DNA from: an uncultured Desulfospira sp. | GTDB taxonomy: Bacteria; Desulfobacterota; Desulfobacteria; Desulfobacterales; Desulfobacteraceae | Direction of reading: 5' to 3' | DNA length: 64,000 nucleotides | Assembly: GCA_963663165.1 (NCBI GenBank) | Contig: OY760175.1 | Span: forward strand, 3,520,001 to 3,584,000 | Part shown: positions 21,140-30,878 of the stretch, piece by piece | Position numbering within the stretch: the first letter of the stretch is position 1 | How the letters are laid out: each line of letters opens with the position of its first letter | Translations under genes and position numbers: made by a program | Notes under the pieces: generated by a model | Databases searched by the model: none | What the model saw: only the letters and a program-made list of their open reading frames with translations | Told to the model about the DNA's origin: nothing

Positions 21140-21236
21140 CGTTAGGTTGAAAGCCGTTAGGCTGAAGACTGAAGGCTGAAGGTGGATAGACTGCGGGGAT
21201 TCCCCCTTCAGCCGAAACACCTTCAGCCTAATTCCC
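21140..21236. repeat. Heptamer-periodic (GGCTGAA) inverted repeat between convergent genes; probable bidirectional terminator
   Basis: TTAGGCTGAAGACTGAAGGCTGAAGG ... CCTTCAGCCGAAACACCTTCAGCCTAA. A related copy lies at 29356-29421. Confidence 0.65.
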
Positions 21237-21242
21237 TTCCCA

Positions 21243-22397
21243 TCAGGGTTTTCGCTTGTCATTGAGAATATGATTCGAAATCACAATCCGCTGGATCTCA
21301 CTGGTTCCCTCGTAAATGGTAAATACCCGGGCATCCCTGTAAAACCGTTCCACCTCGTAATCCTTGGTAAACCCGTAGCCGCCGTGCATCTGAATGGCCC
21401 GGGCCGTTATCTGGTTGACCATTTCCGAAGCAAAAAGCTTGGCCATGGAGGCCTCCCGGGTGTAGGCTTCGCCCCTGTCCTTCATGCTGGCCGCTGAAAA
21501 GATCAACTGGCGGGCCGCTTCGATCTGGGTAGCCATATCCGCGATCTGGAACCGGATGGCCTGGTGTTTGGATATGGGGGTTCCAAACTGTTTTCTGTTT
21601 TTGGTGTATTTTACCGCCGCGTCAAAGGCGGCCTGGGCCACCCCTAAAGACTGGGCCGCAATCCCGATTCTGCCGCTGTCCAGCCCGGACATGGCAATTT
21701 TAAACCCGTCGCCTTCTTTTCCCAGGATCTGGTCTGCCGGCACCCTGCAGTTTTCAAATATTAAATCCGTGGTATCCGAAGCCCGCAGCCCCATTTTATC
21801 CTCAATATGGCCCACAGTAAGCCCGGGGGTATCTTTGGGGACAATAAAACAGGAAATCCCCTTATGGACCGCGGCTTCATCGGTTTTGGCCGTGACCAGG
21901 ACCACTTTGCAGTTTTTCCCGGATGTGATAAAGCGTTTGGTCCCGTTAATCACATACCCGTCCCCGTCTTTTTGGGCAGTGGTGGTCTGGCTGACCGGGT
22001 CGGAACCGGCGTCAGGCTCAGTTAAGGCAAACGCACCGATCATCTGCCCTGAAGCCAGAGGGATCAGAAATCTTTGTTTTTGGTCTTCAGTGCCAAACTT
22101 ATAAAGGCTTTCACAGACAATGGAGTTCTGGACAGACATGACAACGGAAGTTGATGCACAGGAATAGGCAATTTCGGACAGGGCCAGCACATAGGAAACC
22201 GCATCGGCATCTTCTCCCCCGTAATCCACGGGGATCATCATGCCCATAAGCCCGAGTTCACCCATCTGCTTAAAATTTTCAGCCGGAAATTCCTTGGTTT
22301 TATCCCGCTCGGCAGCCGTGGCCGCCACCACCTTTCTGGAAAACTCCCGGACCATATTCTGGATCATCAACTGTTCGTCGGTAAGCTTAAATAACAT
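21243..22397 (-). CDS. Acyl-CoA dehydrogenase (short/branched-chain type)
   Basis: FALTEPDAGSD, INGTKRFIT, KMGLRAS, GRIGIAAQ, RKQFG, QMHGGYG and IYEGTSEIQR motifs. Confidence 0.95.
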   Translation of the reverse strand: MLFKLTDEQLMIQNMVREFSRKVVAATAAERDKTKEFPAENFKQMGELGLMGMMIPVDYGGEDADAVSYVLALSEIAYSCASTSVVMSVQNSIVCESLYKFGTEDQKQRFLIPLASGQMIGAFALTEPDAGSDPVSQTTTAQKDGDGYVINGTKRFITSGKNCKVVLVTAKTDEAAVHKGISCFIVPKDTPGLTVGHIEDKMGLRASDTTDLIFENCRVPADQILGKEGDGFKIAMSGLDSGRIGIAAQSLGVAQAAFDAAVKYTKNRKQFGTPISKHQAIRFQIADMATQIEAARQLIFSAASMKDRGEAYTREASMAKLFASEMVNQITARAIQMHGGYGFTKDYEVERFYRDARVFTIYEGTSEIQRIVISNHILNDKRKP

Positions 22398-22512
22398 GGA
22401 AATCTCCTTTAACCGGACTGACTGGTTGTTTGATTTTGTTTAACCCACGACAAAAAACAGCTTATAGCCAACAGCCCATGGCGCACAGCTGAAAGCTAAC
22501 GGCTAACCGCTT

Positions 22513-23058
22513 TCAGGGCGCATAAACCACAACAATCAACTGGGCATCGACATCAGAGACATTGCGCAGGTCATGTTTGATTCCGGAATTAAAATGTAGG
22601 GATTCCCCTGGATTCAAGGTATTGACATGATCCCCGACCTGAATCTCCACTTTGCCTTCCAGCACATAGACAAATTCCTCTCCGTCGTGCTGAAACCCGA
22701 CCCCGTCATGATGGCTTCCCGCTTCCACCACAATGCGAAAGGCCTTTAGGTGCTTGTTTTCCGCACCAGGGGTCAGTGGGGTATAGGCATAGTTGTCGGT
22801 CCGTTTGGTATAGGCATCCGATCGTTTTTCCAGAGTGTCTTCCTGATCCTTGAGCAGGATAGATGAGTCCAGTTGAAGGGTTCTGGAAATCTGCAGCAGG
22901 GTCCCCACAGATGGTCTTTTCTCTCCCCCTTCAATCTGCTTAATCAGCTCCTTTGACATGCCCGTATCATTGGCCATGGCATCCAGGCTCATCTTTTTAT
23001 CGAGCCTTGCCCGCCTGATCCGCTTGCCAATAGGAATTATTTCTTTTTTATCCGGCAT
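22513..23058 (-). CDS. XRE-family transcriptional regulator with cupin domain
   Basis: N-terminal HTH (IGKRIRRAR...IEGGEKRPSVGTL) and C-terminal cupin (HDGEEFVYVLEG...GESLHFNSGIKH). ATG 23058 has a GGAGA RBS. Confidence 0.9.
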   Translation of the reverse strand: MPDKKEIIPIGKRIRRARLDKKMSLDAMANDTGMSKELIKQIEGGEKRPSVGTLLQISRTLQLDSSILLKDQEDTLEKRSDAYTKRTDNYAYTPLTPGAENKHLKAFRIVVEAGSHHDGVGFQHDGEEFVYVLEGKVEIQVGDHVNTLNPGESLHFNSGIKHDLRNVSDVDAQLIVVVYAP

Positions 23059-23127
23059 AATATCTCCAATAGTTTGAGGGTTGTTCAAACTCCATCTTCG
23101 ATTTATGATCTATTATCATTTGTCTGC

Positions 23128-24192
23128 TTAATCTACCAGTTCAATCCAGCCTTCTGTATCCTCAGCCTTTCCATATTGAATGGCGGTCAGGGCATCGTAA
23201 AGTTTAATGGCCGTGGGACCGGGTTTTCCGTCTCCCACATGGATGGTCTTATGGTCATAGGTGATCTCTCCTACCGGTGAGATGACCGCAGCCGTGCCCG
23301 ATCCAAATACCTCATTGAGACGTCCCGCTTCATGGGCCTTGAACACCTCATCAATGGAAATTTTGCGTTCGCTGACGGGCATGCCCCATTTTTTGGCCAG
23401 ATCAATGACTGAAAAGCGGGTAATCCCGGGAAGGATACTGCCGTTAAGGACCGGGGTGACCAGTTCGTTATCAATGATAAAAAAGATATTCATGGCCCCG
23501 ACTTCTTCGATGTACTTTCTTTCCAACGCATCCAGCCAGAGCACCTGGGCATACCCTTCTTTTTTGGCCACTTCACCGGCATAGAGGCTTGCGGCGTAGT
23601 TTCCCGGGGTTTTAAACTCGCCAACCCCGCCCCGGACGGCCCGGACATGGTTTTTGGATACCCAGATTTTTACGGGGTTAAACCCCTCGCTGTAATAGGC
23701 CCCCACCGAACATAAAATAATAAAAAATTTGAAGGTGTAAGAGGACCTTACCCCGAGAAAGGGATCCGTTGAAATCACAAAGGGGCGGACATAAAGGGAG
23801 GTCCCCAAGGTCTCGGGAATCCATTTTTCTTCCAGCCGGATCAGCTGTTTCATGGCGGCCATGCAAAAATCGATATCCAGTTCAGGGATGCAAAGCCCCT
23901 GGGCGGATTTGTTCATCCGTTTGAAATTGTCCCTTGCCCTGAACAGCTGAATATTGCCGTCAGCGGTTTTATATGCCTTAAGGCCTTCAAAAATAGCCTG
24001 GCCGTAATGATAGACCATGGCGGCCGGGGACAGGGAAAATTCAGCAAAGGGCTCAATCCTGGGATCATGCCATCCCTTATCCACGGAATAATCCATTACA
24101 AACATGTGGTCGGTAAATGCCGTGCCAAATCCTAAATTTTCATCCTTTGGCCGGGTACCCGGCGTTTTGACTTGGCTGATTTTAATCTTCAT
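23128..24192 (-). CDS. ilvE: Branched-chain amino acid aminotransferase
   Basis: FGTAFTDHM, HYGQAIFEGLKAY, YVRP, KTPGNYAAS, EEVGAMN, ILPGITR and FGSGTAAVISP motifs. Confidence 0.95.
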   Translation of the reverse strand: MKIKISQVKTPGTRPKDENLGFGTAFTDHMFVMDYSVDKGWHDPRIEPFAEFSLSPAAMVYHYGQAIFEGLKAYKTADGNIQLFRARDNFKRMNKSAQGLCIPELDIDFCMAAMKQLIRLEEKWIPETLGTSLYVRPFVISTDPFLGVRSSYTFKFFIILCSVGAYYSEGFNPVKIWVSKNHVRAVRGGVGEFKTPGNYAASLYAGEVAKKEGYAQVLWLDALERKYIEEVGAMNIFFIIDNELVTPVLNGSILPGITRFSVIDLAKKWGMPVSERKISIDEVFKAHEAGRLNEVFGSGTAAVISPVGEITYDHKTIHVGDGKPGPTAIKLYDALTAIQYGKAEDTEGWIELVD

Positions 24193-24481
24193 CTTTCCTC
24201 CATTAGGTTAAGATTAAATTTAAATAACTCAGTATAATAGGCCATTCAACCCGGTAAAGCAAAACAATTTTAAGCCGCTTCCAGGGATGACGGCAGGACA
24301 GAAGGCCAAGTATTCAAAGGTACCCAAATTCCCTTTGGACCGGTTAAAAAACACAGATAAAATATGATATTTTTTTGCTTTACGGTTAAAAAACGGCCGC
24401 ATTTCTTTTTTGAGTTGCCCATGCGTGGATTGAAAAAAGGCTTTGACAAACCGGCTGCCTTTCCATTATTACTGAAAAAAC

Positions 24482-24499
24482 AGACTGAGCGCTCGTTCT
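24482..24499. promoter_or_regulatory. Imperfect palindrome AGACTGAGCGCTCGTTCT downstream of a TTGACA (24443); possible repressor operator of the acyl-CoA synthetase gene
   Basis: Dyad core GAGCGCTC, located between a -35-like hexamer and the start codon. Confidence 0.35.
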
Positions 24500-24578
24500 A
24501 AACACCGTTAAGAACCAATCATGCGCCGGAACCCCTAAAGGAATACCCAGCCGTTTTGCCGGGGAAGGGAGAAGTGTC

Positions 24579-26081
24579 ATGAACCGTCTTCGGGACCTTG
24601 CCTTTTTTGATATCTACCGGAAAAACGCACGGATTTTTAAAGACCGATGCGCTGTCCACTGGAACCAGGAGGACATCTCCTATGCAGATCTTTTTTCCCG
24701 GGTTCAAAAACTTTCAGCCGGCCTTGCCGGCCTTGATCTGTCTTCCGGGGCCAGAATCGCGGTGCTTTCAAAAAACCACCCCGTGTTTTTTGATCTTTTC
24801 GGGGCCGCCTCGGTTCTTGGCCTTTGCCTGGTTTTAATTAACCGGCGGCTGAGCCGGGATGAAATCCGGCACATCATTAAAGACACCGCCCCTGAAATCC
24901 TCATCTGTGACCAGGAAATGGCCCCAGGCGCCGGTGAGCTGATGCCGGATTTTCCTTTCTTAAAACAACAGTTTGTTATAGACGGCCCGGATGAAACCTT
25001 GCCGGACCTGTACCTGGATGCCCCCGGGGGTTCATCCGGCAGGATCGACATGGATGCCCCCTTTGCCATTATCCATACGGCCGCCGTCCAGGGAAAGCCC
25101 CGGGGCGCGGTATTAAGCCAGGCCAATATTATCCTGGCCAACCTCCAGATCATGCACCATTATAAATTGGACCCCTCCAAAACCCATTTAAACATCCTGC
25201 CCCTGTTCCATATTATGGGGCTTAATTTAGGGCTTGGCACCCTCCAGGCCGGGGGCAAAAACGTTATTCTTGAAAAATTTGATCCCGTAAAAGCCCTTGA
25301 CCTGATCCAGGAGCAGAAAGTGAACCTGATCGGCTCTTTTCCCCCCATCCTGTCCAACCTGTTAGAGGCCATTGACGAGGGCTGCCCGGACCTTGGCAGC
25401 CTTGAAATCGCCGTGGGCCTTGAAACCCCGGAAACGGCCAAACGCTGGGAATCGGTGACCAAATCCGAATTCTGGACCATGTACGGCCAGACCGAGACCT
25501 CAGGGCTGATCACCTTTGCCCCTTACTTTAAACGGGAAGGGTCTGCCGGGCAGGTTTCAAGCCTTGCCGATATCACTATTGTGGATGACCTTGACACCCC
25601 CCTGCCCTGTGGTGAAACCGGGGAAATTGCCGTCAAAGGCCCCCTGGTCTTCCAGGGGTACTGGAATGCCCCGTCTTTAAATGAATTCACCTTCCGGGAA
25701 GGGCGGCACCATACCGGGGATCTGGGCATGCTGGACTCAGACGGATTTTTGTTTTTTAAAGGGCGTAAAGCCGAAAAAGAACTCATCAAACCCGGCGGAG
25801 AAAACGTTTTTCCGGCTGAAGTGGAAAAAGCGGTTCTCGCACACCCGGCGGTAAAAGAGGTCTGCGTCTTTGGTGTACCGGATCCAAAGTTCGGGGAAGG
25901 CATCAAGGCCGTGGTCATCTTAAATCCCGGGGAAACGGTTGCCGAAAAAGATCTGATCGCCTTTACCGGGACCCTGATTGCCGGGTATAAAAAACCCAGA
26001 TATGTTGAATTTGCAAAAGATTTTCCCCGGTTGGACAATGGCGGCATTGACCGGGCCGCCGTAAAAAAAGCCTTTCTATGA
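24579..26081 (+). CDS. Acyl-CoA synthetase (AMP-forming, long-chain fatty-acid-CoA ligase family)
   Basis: IIHTAAVQGKPRG (variant P-loop), LPLFH, YGQTET, HTGDLG, KPGGENVFPAEVE and KKPRYV motifs. Confidence 0.9.
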   Translation: MNRLRDLAFFDIYRKNARIFKDRCAVHWNQEDISYADLFSRVQKLSAGLAGLDLSSGARIAVLSKNHPVFFDLFGAASVLGLCLVLINRRLSRDEIRHIIKDTAPEILICDQEMAPGAGELMPDFPFLKQQFVIDGPDETLPDLYLDAPGGSSGRIDMDAPFAIIHTAAVQGKPRGAVLSQANIILANLQIMHHYKLDPSKTHLNILPLFHIMGLNLGLGTLQAGGKNVILEKFDPVKALDLIQEQKVNLIGSFPPILSNLLEAIDEGCPDLGSLEIAVGLETPETAKRWESVTKSEFWTMYGQTETSGLITFAPYFKREGSAGQVSSLADITIVDDLDTPLPCGETGEIAVKGPLVFQGYWNAPSLNEFTFREGRHHTGDLGMLDSDGFLFFKGRKAEKELIKPGGENVFPAEVEKAVLAHPAVKEVCVFGVPDPKFGEGIKAVVILNPGETVAEKDLIAFTGTLIAGYKKPRYVEFAKDFPRLDNGGIDRAAVKKAFL

Positions 26082-27578
26082 TCATCGGGTTTGTGCCGGG
26101 TCTTTTGAATCCCGGGTTTCGGTCTGGGAAGTTTTGGATAAATCCAGAATTTGTTCGTTGAGATAGTCCTTGGTCTGATACCGCGATATTTTCATTATTT
26201 TTTTGGTAATATCAGACATCCGCTCAAGCTGCGCTTTTATTTTAAGGACGCTTTTTTGAACCGGTTCATTGTCCGGCAGATCCATCCGGAGCAGGTCAAG
26301 ATACCCGAAAGCCGACATCAACGGCTGGTTCATTTCATGGCAGACCGCACCGGACAGTTCAAGGATGCCCTGGATCCGGTCATTTTCCCGGAGGGTCCGC
26401 TCAGACTCTTTTCTACCGGTAATATCAGAGACCACAATGATATACCCCCTGGAAAGATCCCGGATATCAAAGGGACATGCCTGGAGGTTGCAGTCAAACA
26501 CCGAGCCGTCCCTTCGGATCCACTGGGTTTCCACATTGCAGGGATCCCATTTGGTAAAGCTGGCGGACGCCACCTCCCGGCCCACCCGCTCATATTCTTC
26601 CGGGTCCGCATACAACAGCGCCGTACTTTTGCTCAAAATTGAATCCTTTGGATATCCGACCATACGGCACAGGGTATCGTTGGCCCATTCCAGATTCCGG
26701 CCGACCACCAGCCCCATCCCCACAGGCGACGAGCGAAGGATGGCCGTTAACCGCCCTTCACTGGTTTTAAGCAGGTCCTGGGTCAGCTGGCGGTTCTGAA
26801 TTTCATTTTCAAGCTTCTGGTTTAGCCCCTCAAGTTCCCAGGTTCGCCGGGCAACCATCTCTTCTAAGTTGTCGCTGTGGCCTTTCAGGGACTGTTCAGC
26901 CTTTTTAAGATCATTCATCTGGGATTCGATGGTTTGGCCCATGTCAACCAGAACCGATACAATGGGTTCAAACTCCTGATACACTGCGGCCTCGACCCGG
27001 GGGCGGTAATCGCCTCTTGAATAGGATTGGGCAATGGCCGCCATACCGTCAATGGGGCCCCGGATGATTTTTCTGAGCAGAAAACCGGTCAGCACGGCCA
27101 TACCGGCAATCAGGATTAAAATGGCGGTGGCAATGGCCCTGAACATCTCATATTTGACCCGGGTGAATTCAAAGGAACTAAAAGAAAGCAGGATGGTGCC
27201 GATTTTTTCTTTGCCGTAATGAATATCCCGGGTCCGGACGGTTTCTTTGCCGGAGGCCGTTGTTTTGGCCCGGGTGTGCTTATCAATCATGGTGTTGCCT
27301 GACGCATCAATCAACTTGACCATAACAATGTATTCATTGCTGCTGTAGTAGCTGCAGATCATATCAATGCTTTCCCAGTCCATCCGCCACAGTGGGGCTT
27401 TTAAGGTGTTGGCCATGGAAGAAACGGCTTCGTTGGCCGTTTCTTCAAACCGCTGGTCTAATCTTCCGGATATCTGGACATAATACAGCCCTAAGAATGA
27501 ACAGGACAACAAGGCCATAACCGCCACCAGGCTGATGGTCAAATTTTTGGATATGGATCTTTTCCGATACCCTGTCAT
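26082..27578 (-). CDS. Membrane sensor (2 TM, HAMP-like, PAS, HisKA-like H-box) with no HATPase domain
   Basis: PAS ends VSDITGRK. H-box GAVCHEMNQPL. The protein ends about 80 aa later with no N/G1/G2 boxes. Confidence 0.8.
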   Translation of the reverse strand: MTGYRKRSISKNLTISLVAVMALLSCSFLGLYYVQISGRLDQRFEETANEAVSSMANTLKAPLWRMDWESIDMICSYYSSNEYIVMVKLIDASGNTMIDKHTRAKTTASGKETVRTRDIHYGKEKIGTILLSFSSFEFTRVKYEMFRAIATAILILIAGMAVLTGFLLRKIIRGPIDGMAAIAQSYSRGDYRPRVEAAVYQEFEPIVSVLVDMGQTIESQMNDLKKAEQSLKGHSDNLEEMVARRTWELEGLNQKLENEIQNRQLTQDLLKTSEGRLTAILRSSPVGMGLVVGRNLEWANDTLCRMVGYPKDSILSKSTALLYADPEEYERVGREVASASFTKWDPCNVETQWIRRDGSVFDCNLQACPFDIRDLSRGYIIVVSDITGRKESERTLRENDRIQGILELSGAVCHEMNQPLMSAFGYLDLLRMDLPDNEPVQKSVLKIKAQLERMSDITKKIMKISRYQTKDYLNEQILDLSKTSQTETRDSKDPAQTR

Positions 27579-28333
27579 TGAAGAATTCCAGTTGCCGGAT
27601 CACAGAGAACCGGCGGAATAAGGCCTTTGTCCAGGCACCGCCTTAAGGCCTGATTAAACCGCTCTAATAGTTTTGCGGACCCGGGGTACCCCTTGGATAC
27701 AATCAACCGAAGGGGGTTTAAGCTGATGGGGGGCCCGATGGTTTTAAAGTGTTTCACATGATCCGGAAAATGGTCGGAAATCAACTGGCGGCCCACCCGT
27801 TCATTGAGGGGAATCAGATCAAGCCGGCCCAGCCTTAGCATTTCCACCATGTGCAACTCCTTGTTGGTATAAAAGACATTCAATCCCTTTTTTTTAAAGG
27901 TTTCTTCATAGAAGTAACCGCCAACCCCGCCTATTCGATAAGGCTTTAAATCCTCTAAACGGACGATATCATAAAGGGGGAGAAATGCATCTTCAGTATA
28001 GCAGAAAAGCCGGGTCGTTGAACAGGACAAGGGATCGGAAAACCAAACCTTCTCGGATCTTTCTCTGGTGTATGAATAGGGGAACCCCGCCCATACCCTG
28101 TTTTTTTCCACCGAGTCAAAACACCTTCGCCAGGGATAAAAGCAATAGTCCGGTTCAATACCCATTTCCTTGAATACAATGGTGGCCAGCCGTGTAAATT
28201 CACCATACCCTTCCATCTTTCTGGAAGTGATGGGGGCCCACTCTCCCGTGGCGATTTTAAGACTCTGGGCACTGGAAACAGAACACCATAACAAAATAAC
28301 CAGGGCCCACAGGCTGTGTCGTAAAACTTTCAT
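27575..28333 (-). CDS. Periplasmic substrate-binding protein (family 3-like)
   Basis: Signal peptide, ATGEWAP, YPWRRC, GRLDL and FNQAL motifs. 4-bp ATGA overlap with the sensor gene. Confidence 0.85.
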   Translation of the reverse strand: MKVLRHSLWALVILLWCSVSSAQSLKIATGEWAPITSRKMEGYGEFTRLATIVFKEMGIEPDYCFYPWRRCFDSVEKNRVWAGFPYSYTRERSEKVWFSDPLSCSTTRLFCYTEDAFLPLYDIVRLEDLKPYRIGGVGGYFYEETFKKKGLNVFYTNKELHMVEMLRLGRLDLIPLNERVGRQLISDHFPDHVKHFKTIGPPISLNPLRLIVSKGYPGSAKLLERFNQALRRCLDKGLIPPVLCDPATGILQ

Positions 28334-28381
28334 ATCATTTTACGTGGTGTTTGATCAGTTACTCCATGAAATTTTATAAGA

Positions 28382-28468
28382 AAGTCTCACTAACAAGCTG
28401 AAAAGACTTTCATTTTTCGTTGTGGGCGGTGCTTGGTTGGATAACCAAGACGGCCCGTGGCCGTTAGT
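28382..28468. repeat. Dispersed ~85-bp hairpin element, copy 1 (others at 59101-59185 and 61543-61618)
   Basis: 27 bp identical to 59101 (AAGTCTCACTAACAAGCTGAAAAGACT) and 18 bp identical to 61601 (CGGCCCGTGGCCGTTAGT). Confidence 0.85.
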
Positions 28469-28499
28469 AAATAAATTGTGGCGCTGCCCCTGAGCCCGG

Positions 28500-29165
28500 T
28501 TAGGAATTATCGTCATGCCACTGAAGGGCTCCTTTAAGAAAAATCGCTACTGATTCTACCACATTCTGGGAAAACTCAACAGCAAAGATCTCTATTTGTG
28601 CTTCTTTAAGCAGCCGGCGAACCTGGGGAGGGCTGTAAAACATTTGCCAGAGCCCGAAAATCAGGGCATAAATCCGCAAATGAACCTTTCGCCACTGGCC
28701 CATGGTCAGGCCGGGAAACAGCCGGCTGGTCAACTGGCTGCGTTGATCCAGAATCTGGGCCAGCTGAATTTTCACATCCAGAACAGCCCCTTTTCCGGGC
28801 TGCTCCCCTAACGCGCCGGTGGCCATGCCCCCCATTCTCAACAGCAGCGGATTTTCAACCACATACCGGGTGGTCACCCGGGCATATTGCTCAACACTGA
28901 TGGTGTCCGGACAATCTTCAAGTTCCTGTTCAACGGCCAGATGCCATTGCCTGAGCTGGTGGATAAACAGGTGGAGGATAATATCATCTTTGGTTTTGAA
29001 ATACAGATAAACACTGCCTTTGGACAGGCCCGCCTTTTCGGCAATAACCGAAACCGTGGGGAACTGCCCGTCCCCGCTCTTATAAAGATCCCAGGCGGTT
29101 TTCAAAATTTTCTCTTTGCGCTTAAGCTTGTCTTTCTCTTTGATGGCACGTTTCTGCACAGGCAT
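28500..29165 (-). CDS. TetR/AcrR-family transcriptional regulator
   Basis: HTH motif TVSVIAEKAGLSKGSVYLYFKTKDDI. Confidence 0.92.
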   Translation of the reverse strand: MPVQKRAIKEKDKLKRKEKILKTAWDLYKSGDGQFPTVSVIAEKAGLSKGSVYLYFKTKDDIILHLFIHQLRQWHLAVEQELEDCPDTISVEQYARVTTRYVVENPLLLRMGGMATGALGEQPGKGAVLDVKIQLAQILDQRSQLTSRLFPGLTMGQWRKVHLRIYALIFGLWQMFYSPPQVRRLLKEAQIEIFAVEFSQNVVESVAIFLKGALQWHDDNS

Positions 29166-29467
29166 GGTAAGGCCTTTTTCCTTTTCTTGGGTTTATCGGC
29201 GGTCGTGGTGTTGGGCACAATATACTACCAAACCCTTCGTCAATACAATTGCTATGCCATTAAAAAAATATTTGACTGTGGGGCCAGGTAACCGCGTTTG
29301 TAATCCGGCATGATATTGGGGTCTCATTGGTAAGTTTAATGTAGAAAAGGTAATCAGACTGAAGGTGGTTAGGCGGAAGGGATGCGCAACCCTAAACCCC
29401 TTCAGCCTTCAGCCTAAATCCCTACGTTTTATTGGAGATCAAATGTGATATTCCAAACACAAATACC

Positions 29468-29542
29468 TGACCATGGGTCATTTATATGTTGACAACCGAC
29501 CATTGGTCACTTATATTATGCAAAACTGACCGATGGTCAGTT
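29468..29542 (+). promoter_or_regulatory. Sigma70 promoter (TTGACA 29489-94, 17 nt, TATATT 29512-17) overlapped by three TGACC-N3-GGTCA operators
   Basis: TGACCatgGGTCA at 29468-80, CGACCattGGTCA at 29497-509, AACTGACCgatGGTCAGTT at 29524-42. Confidence 0.85.
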
Positions 29543-29590
29543 AAAAATAGCCGGGAAACCGGCATAAAGCATAACTTCAAGGAGGTTGTC

Positions 29591-29836
29591 ATGATAAAAA
29601 AAGGTTTTGTAATCTGCATCACCGTATTAGCCCTGGCCGGCTTTGGAACCGCACCCGCAGCCCAGGCATTTGTTGAACCGGTTTCCCTGACCCTTATCTT
29701 AGGCACGGCCTTTGTCGGCATTGTTTCAGGATCTGAGGCCGTTAAGCATGCGAAAGAAGAACAGGTAAAGGCTGACCAGAAGACCGAAAAGCCCCAGGAG
29801 GTTCAAGCAGTCACCAGCATCACCCCCGGATCATGA
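29591..29836 (+). CDS. Small secreted/membrane protein, 81 aa, unknown function
   Basis: AAGGAGG RBS, signal peptide ending AQA|F, second hydrophobic stretch, own promoter and terminator. Confidence 0.75.
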   Translation: MIKKGFVICITVLALAGFGTAPAAQAFVEPVSLTLILGTAFVGIVSGSEAVKHAKEEQVKADQKTEKPQEVQAVTSITPGS

Positions 29837-29846
29837 AAAAACAACT

Positions 29847-29887
29847 AAACCGGTGAAAGGACAACAAACGCCTTTCACCGGTTTTGG
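29847..29887 (+). terminator. Rho-independent terminator
   Basis: AAACCGGTGAAAGG ... CCTTTCACCGGTTTT directly after the stop codon. Confidence 0.8.
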
Positions 29888-30248
29888 TTCGGACCTTACA
29901 CCCTGATTTTTGTCAAAATTCGCGAAACAAAACAACTGACGTATTCTTTGCCGGTAAATTTACCCTATGATCACAAATAACGGTTGGATTCAATAATGTC
30001 AATCGGTTACAAGCCAAAAAATGCCATACTTGATCATTTTTTTATGACATTTTTTCTCATTCTTAATTTGACCCATAAAAAACAAAAAATTGTAAAAGAC
30101 CCGAAAATAAAGGATCCTGGGTTATATTACTTGCTAGTAAAAATTCAAATCAAGGCTTGTAATGTCAGCCCGCTTTTGATAAAGTATTGCATATATTTGG
30201 TTAGTTCTGAGTATATTTGCAATACTTTATCAGGAGGTGCTGGTACAT

Positions 30249-30878
30249 ATGGACAAAACACCAGACCTGAAGCTGATTTCAGCCTTTCAGGAAAACAAAT
30301 GCTGGATGATCCAACCACTGGCCGAGCGAATGAACTACTCCATCCCTTCAGTTCGGCGATTCCTGGCCAAAACCGGTTACTTCAGCAGTTTTTCCCACAA
30401 TGGGAAATGGTACACCCTGGCCTCGATACCCCGTTTCAGCAGCAAGGGTCTTTGGTTTTACCGGGATATCGGTTTTTCAAGACATGGCCCGCTTACCCAT
30501 ACGCTGGTGAATCTGGTCGAGAAAAGCACATCGGGGATGACAGCCGATCAACTGGGGCAGTTGCTTCGGTGCCGCTGCCATGCCGTTCTGGTTCAATTAT
30601 ACCGCAAGGGGCAGCTGCAAAGACAAAAGCACGGCAGTTCCTATGTGTACCTGGCCATCGATCCTGTCAAAGCCGATGTTCAGGAAAAAGCCCTTCAAAC
30701 GGAATATACACCCCTGCCGGCGGAGTTGGCTGTACAGATCCTCGTGGTATTTATCCAGAAACCCGGTTTGGATTTGAAACAGTTGGCCAAATCTGTTTTT
30801 CAAAAAACAGGAGTGCGGATCAACACAGATCAGATTCAAACGCTTTTCGATACACACGGGATAAAAAAAAAGGCCTGA
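30249..30878 (+). CDS. IS orfA (putative DNA-binding N-terminal part of the transposase)
   Basis: AGGAGG RBS and ATG at 30249; ends ...THGIKKKA* at an A9G run. Confidence 0.8.
   Translation: MDKTPDLKLISAFQENKCWMIQPLAERMNYSIPSVRRFLAKTGYFSSFSHNGKWYTLASIPRFSSKGLWFYRDIGFSRHGPLTHTLVNLVEKSTSGMTADQLGQLLRCRCHAVLVQLYRKGQLQRQKHGSSYVYLAIDPVKADVQEKALQTEYTPLPAELAVQILVVFIQKPGLDLKQLAKSVFQKTGVRINTDQIQTLFDTHGIKKKA

Noticed and set aside
29984..30860. 900-aa ORF called from TTG 29984
   Set aside because: The start lies inside the left TIR with no RBS, and the N-terminal part overlaps orfA and looks non-protein-like. The frameshift model explains the region better.
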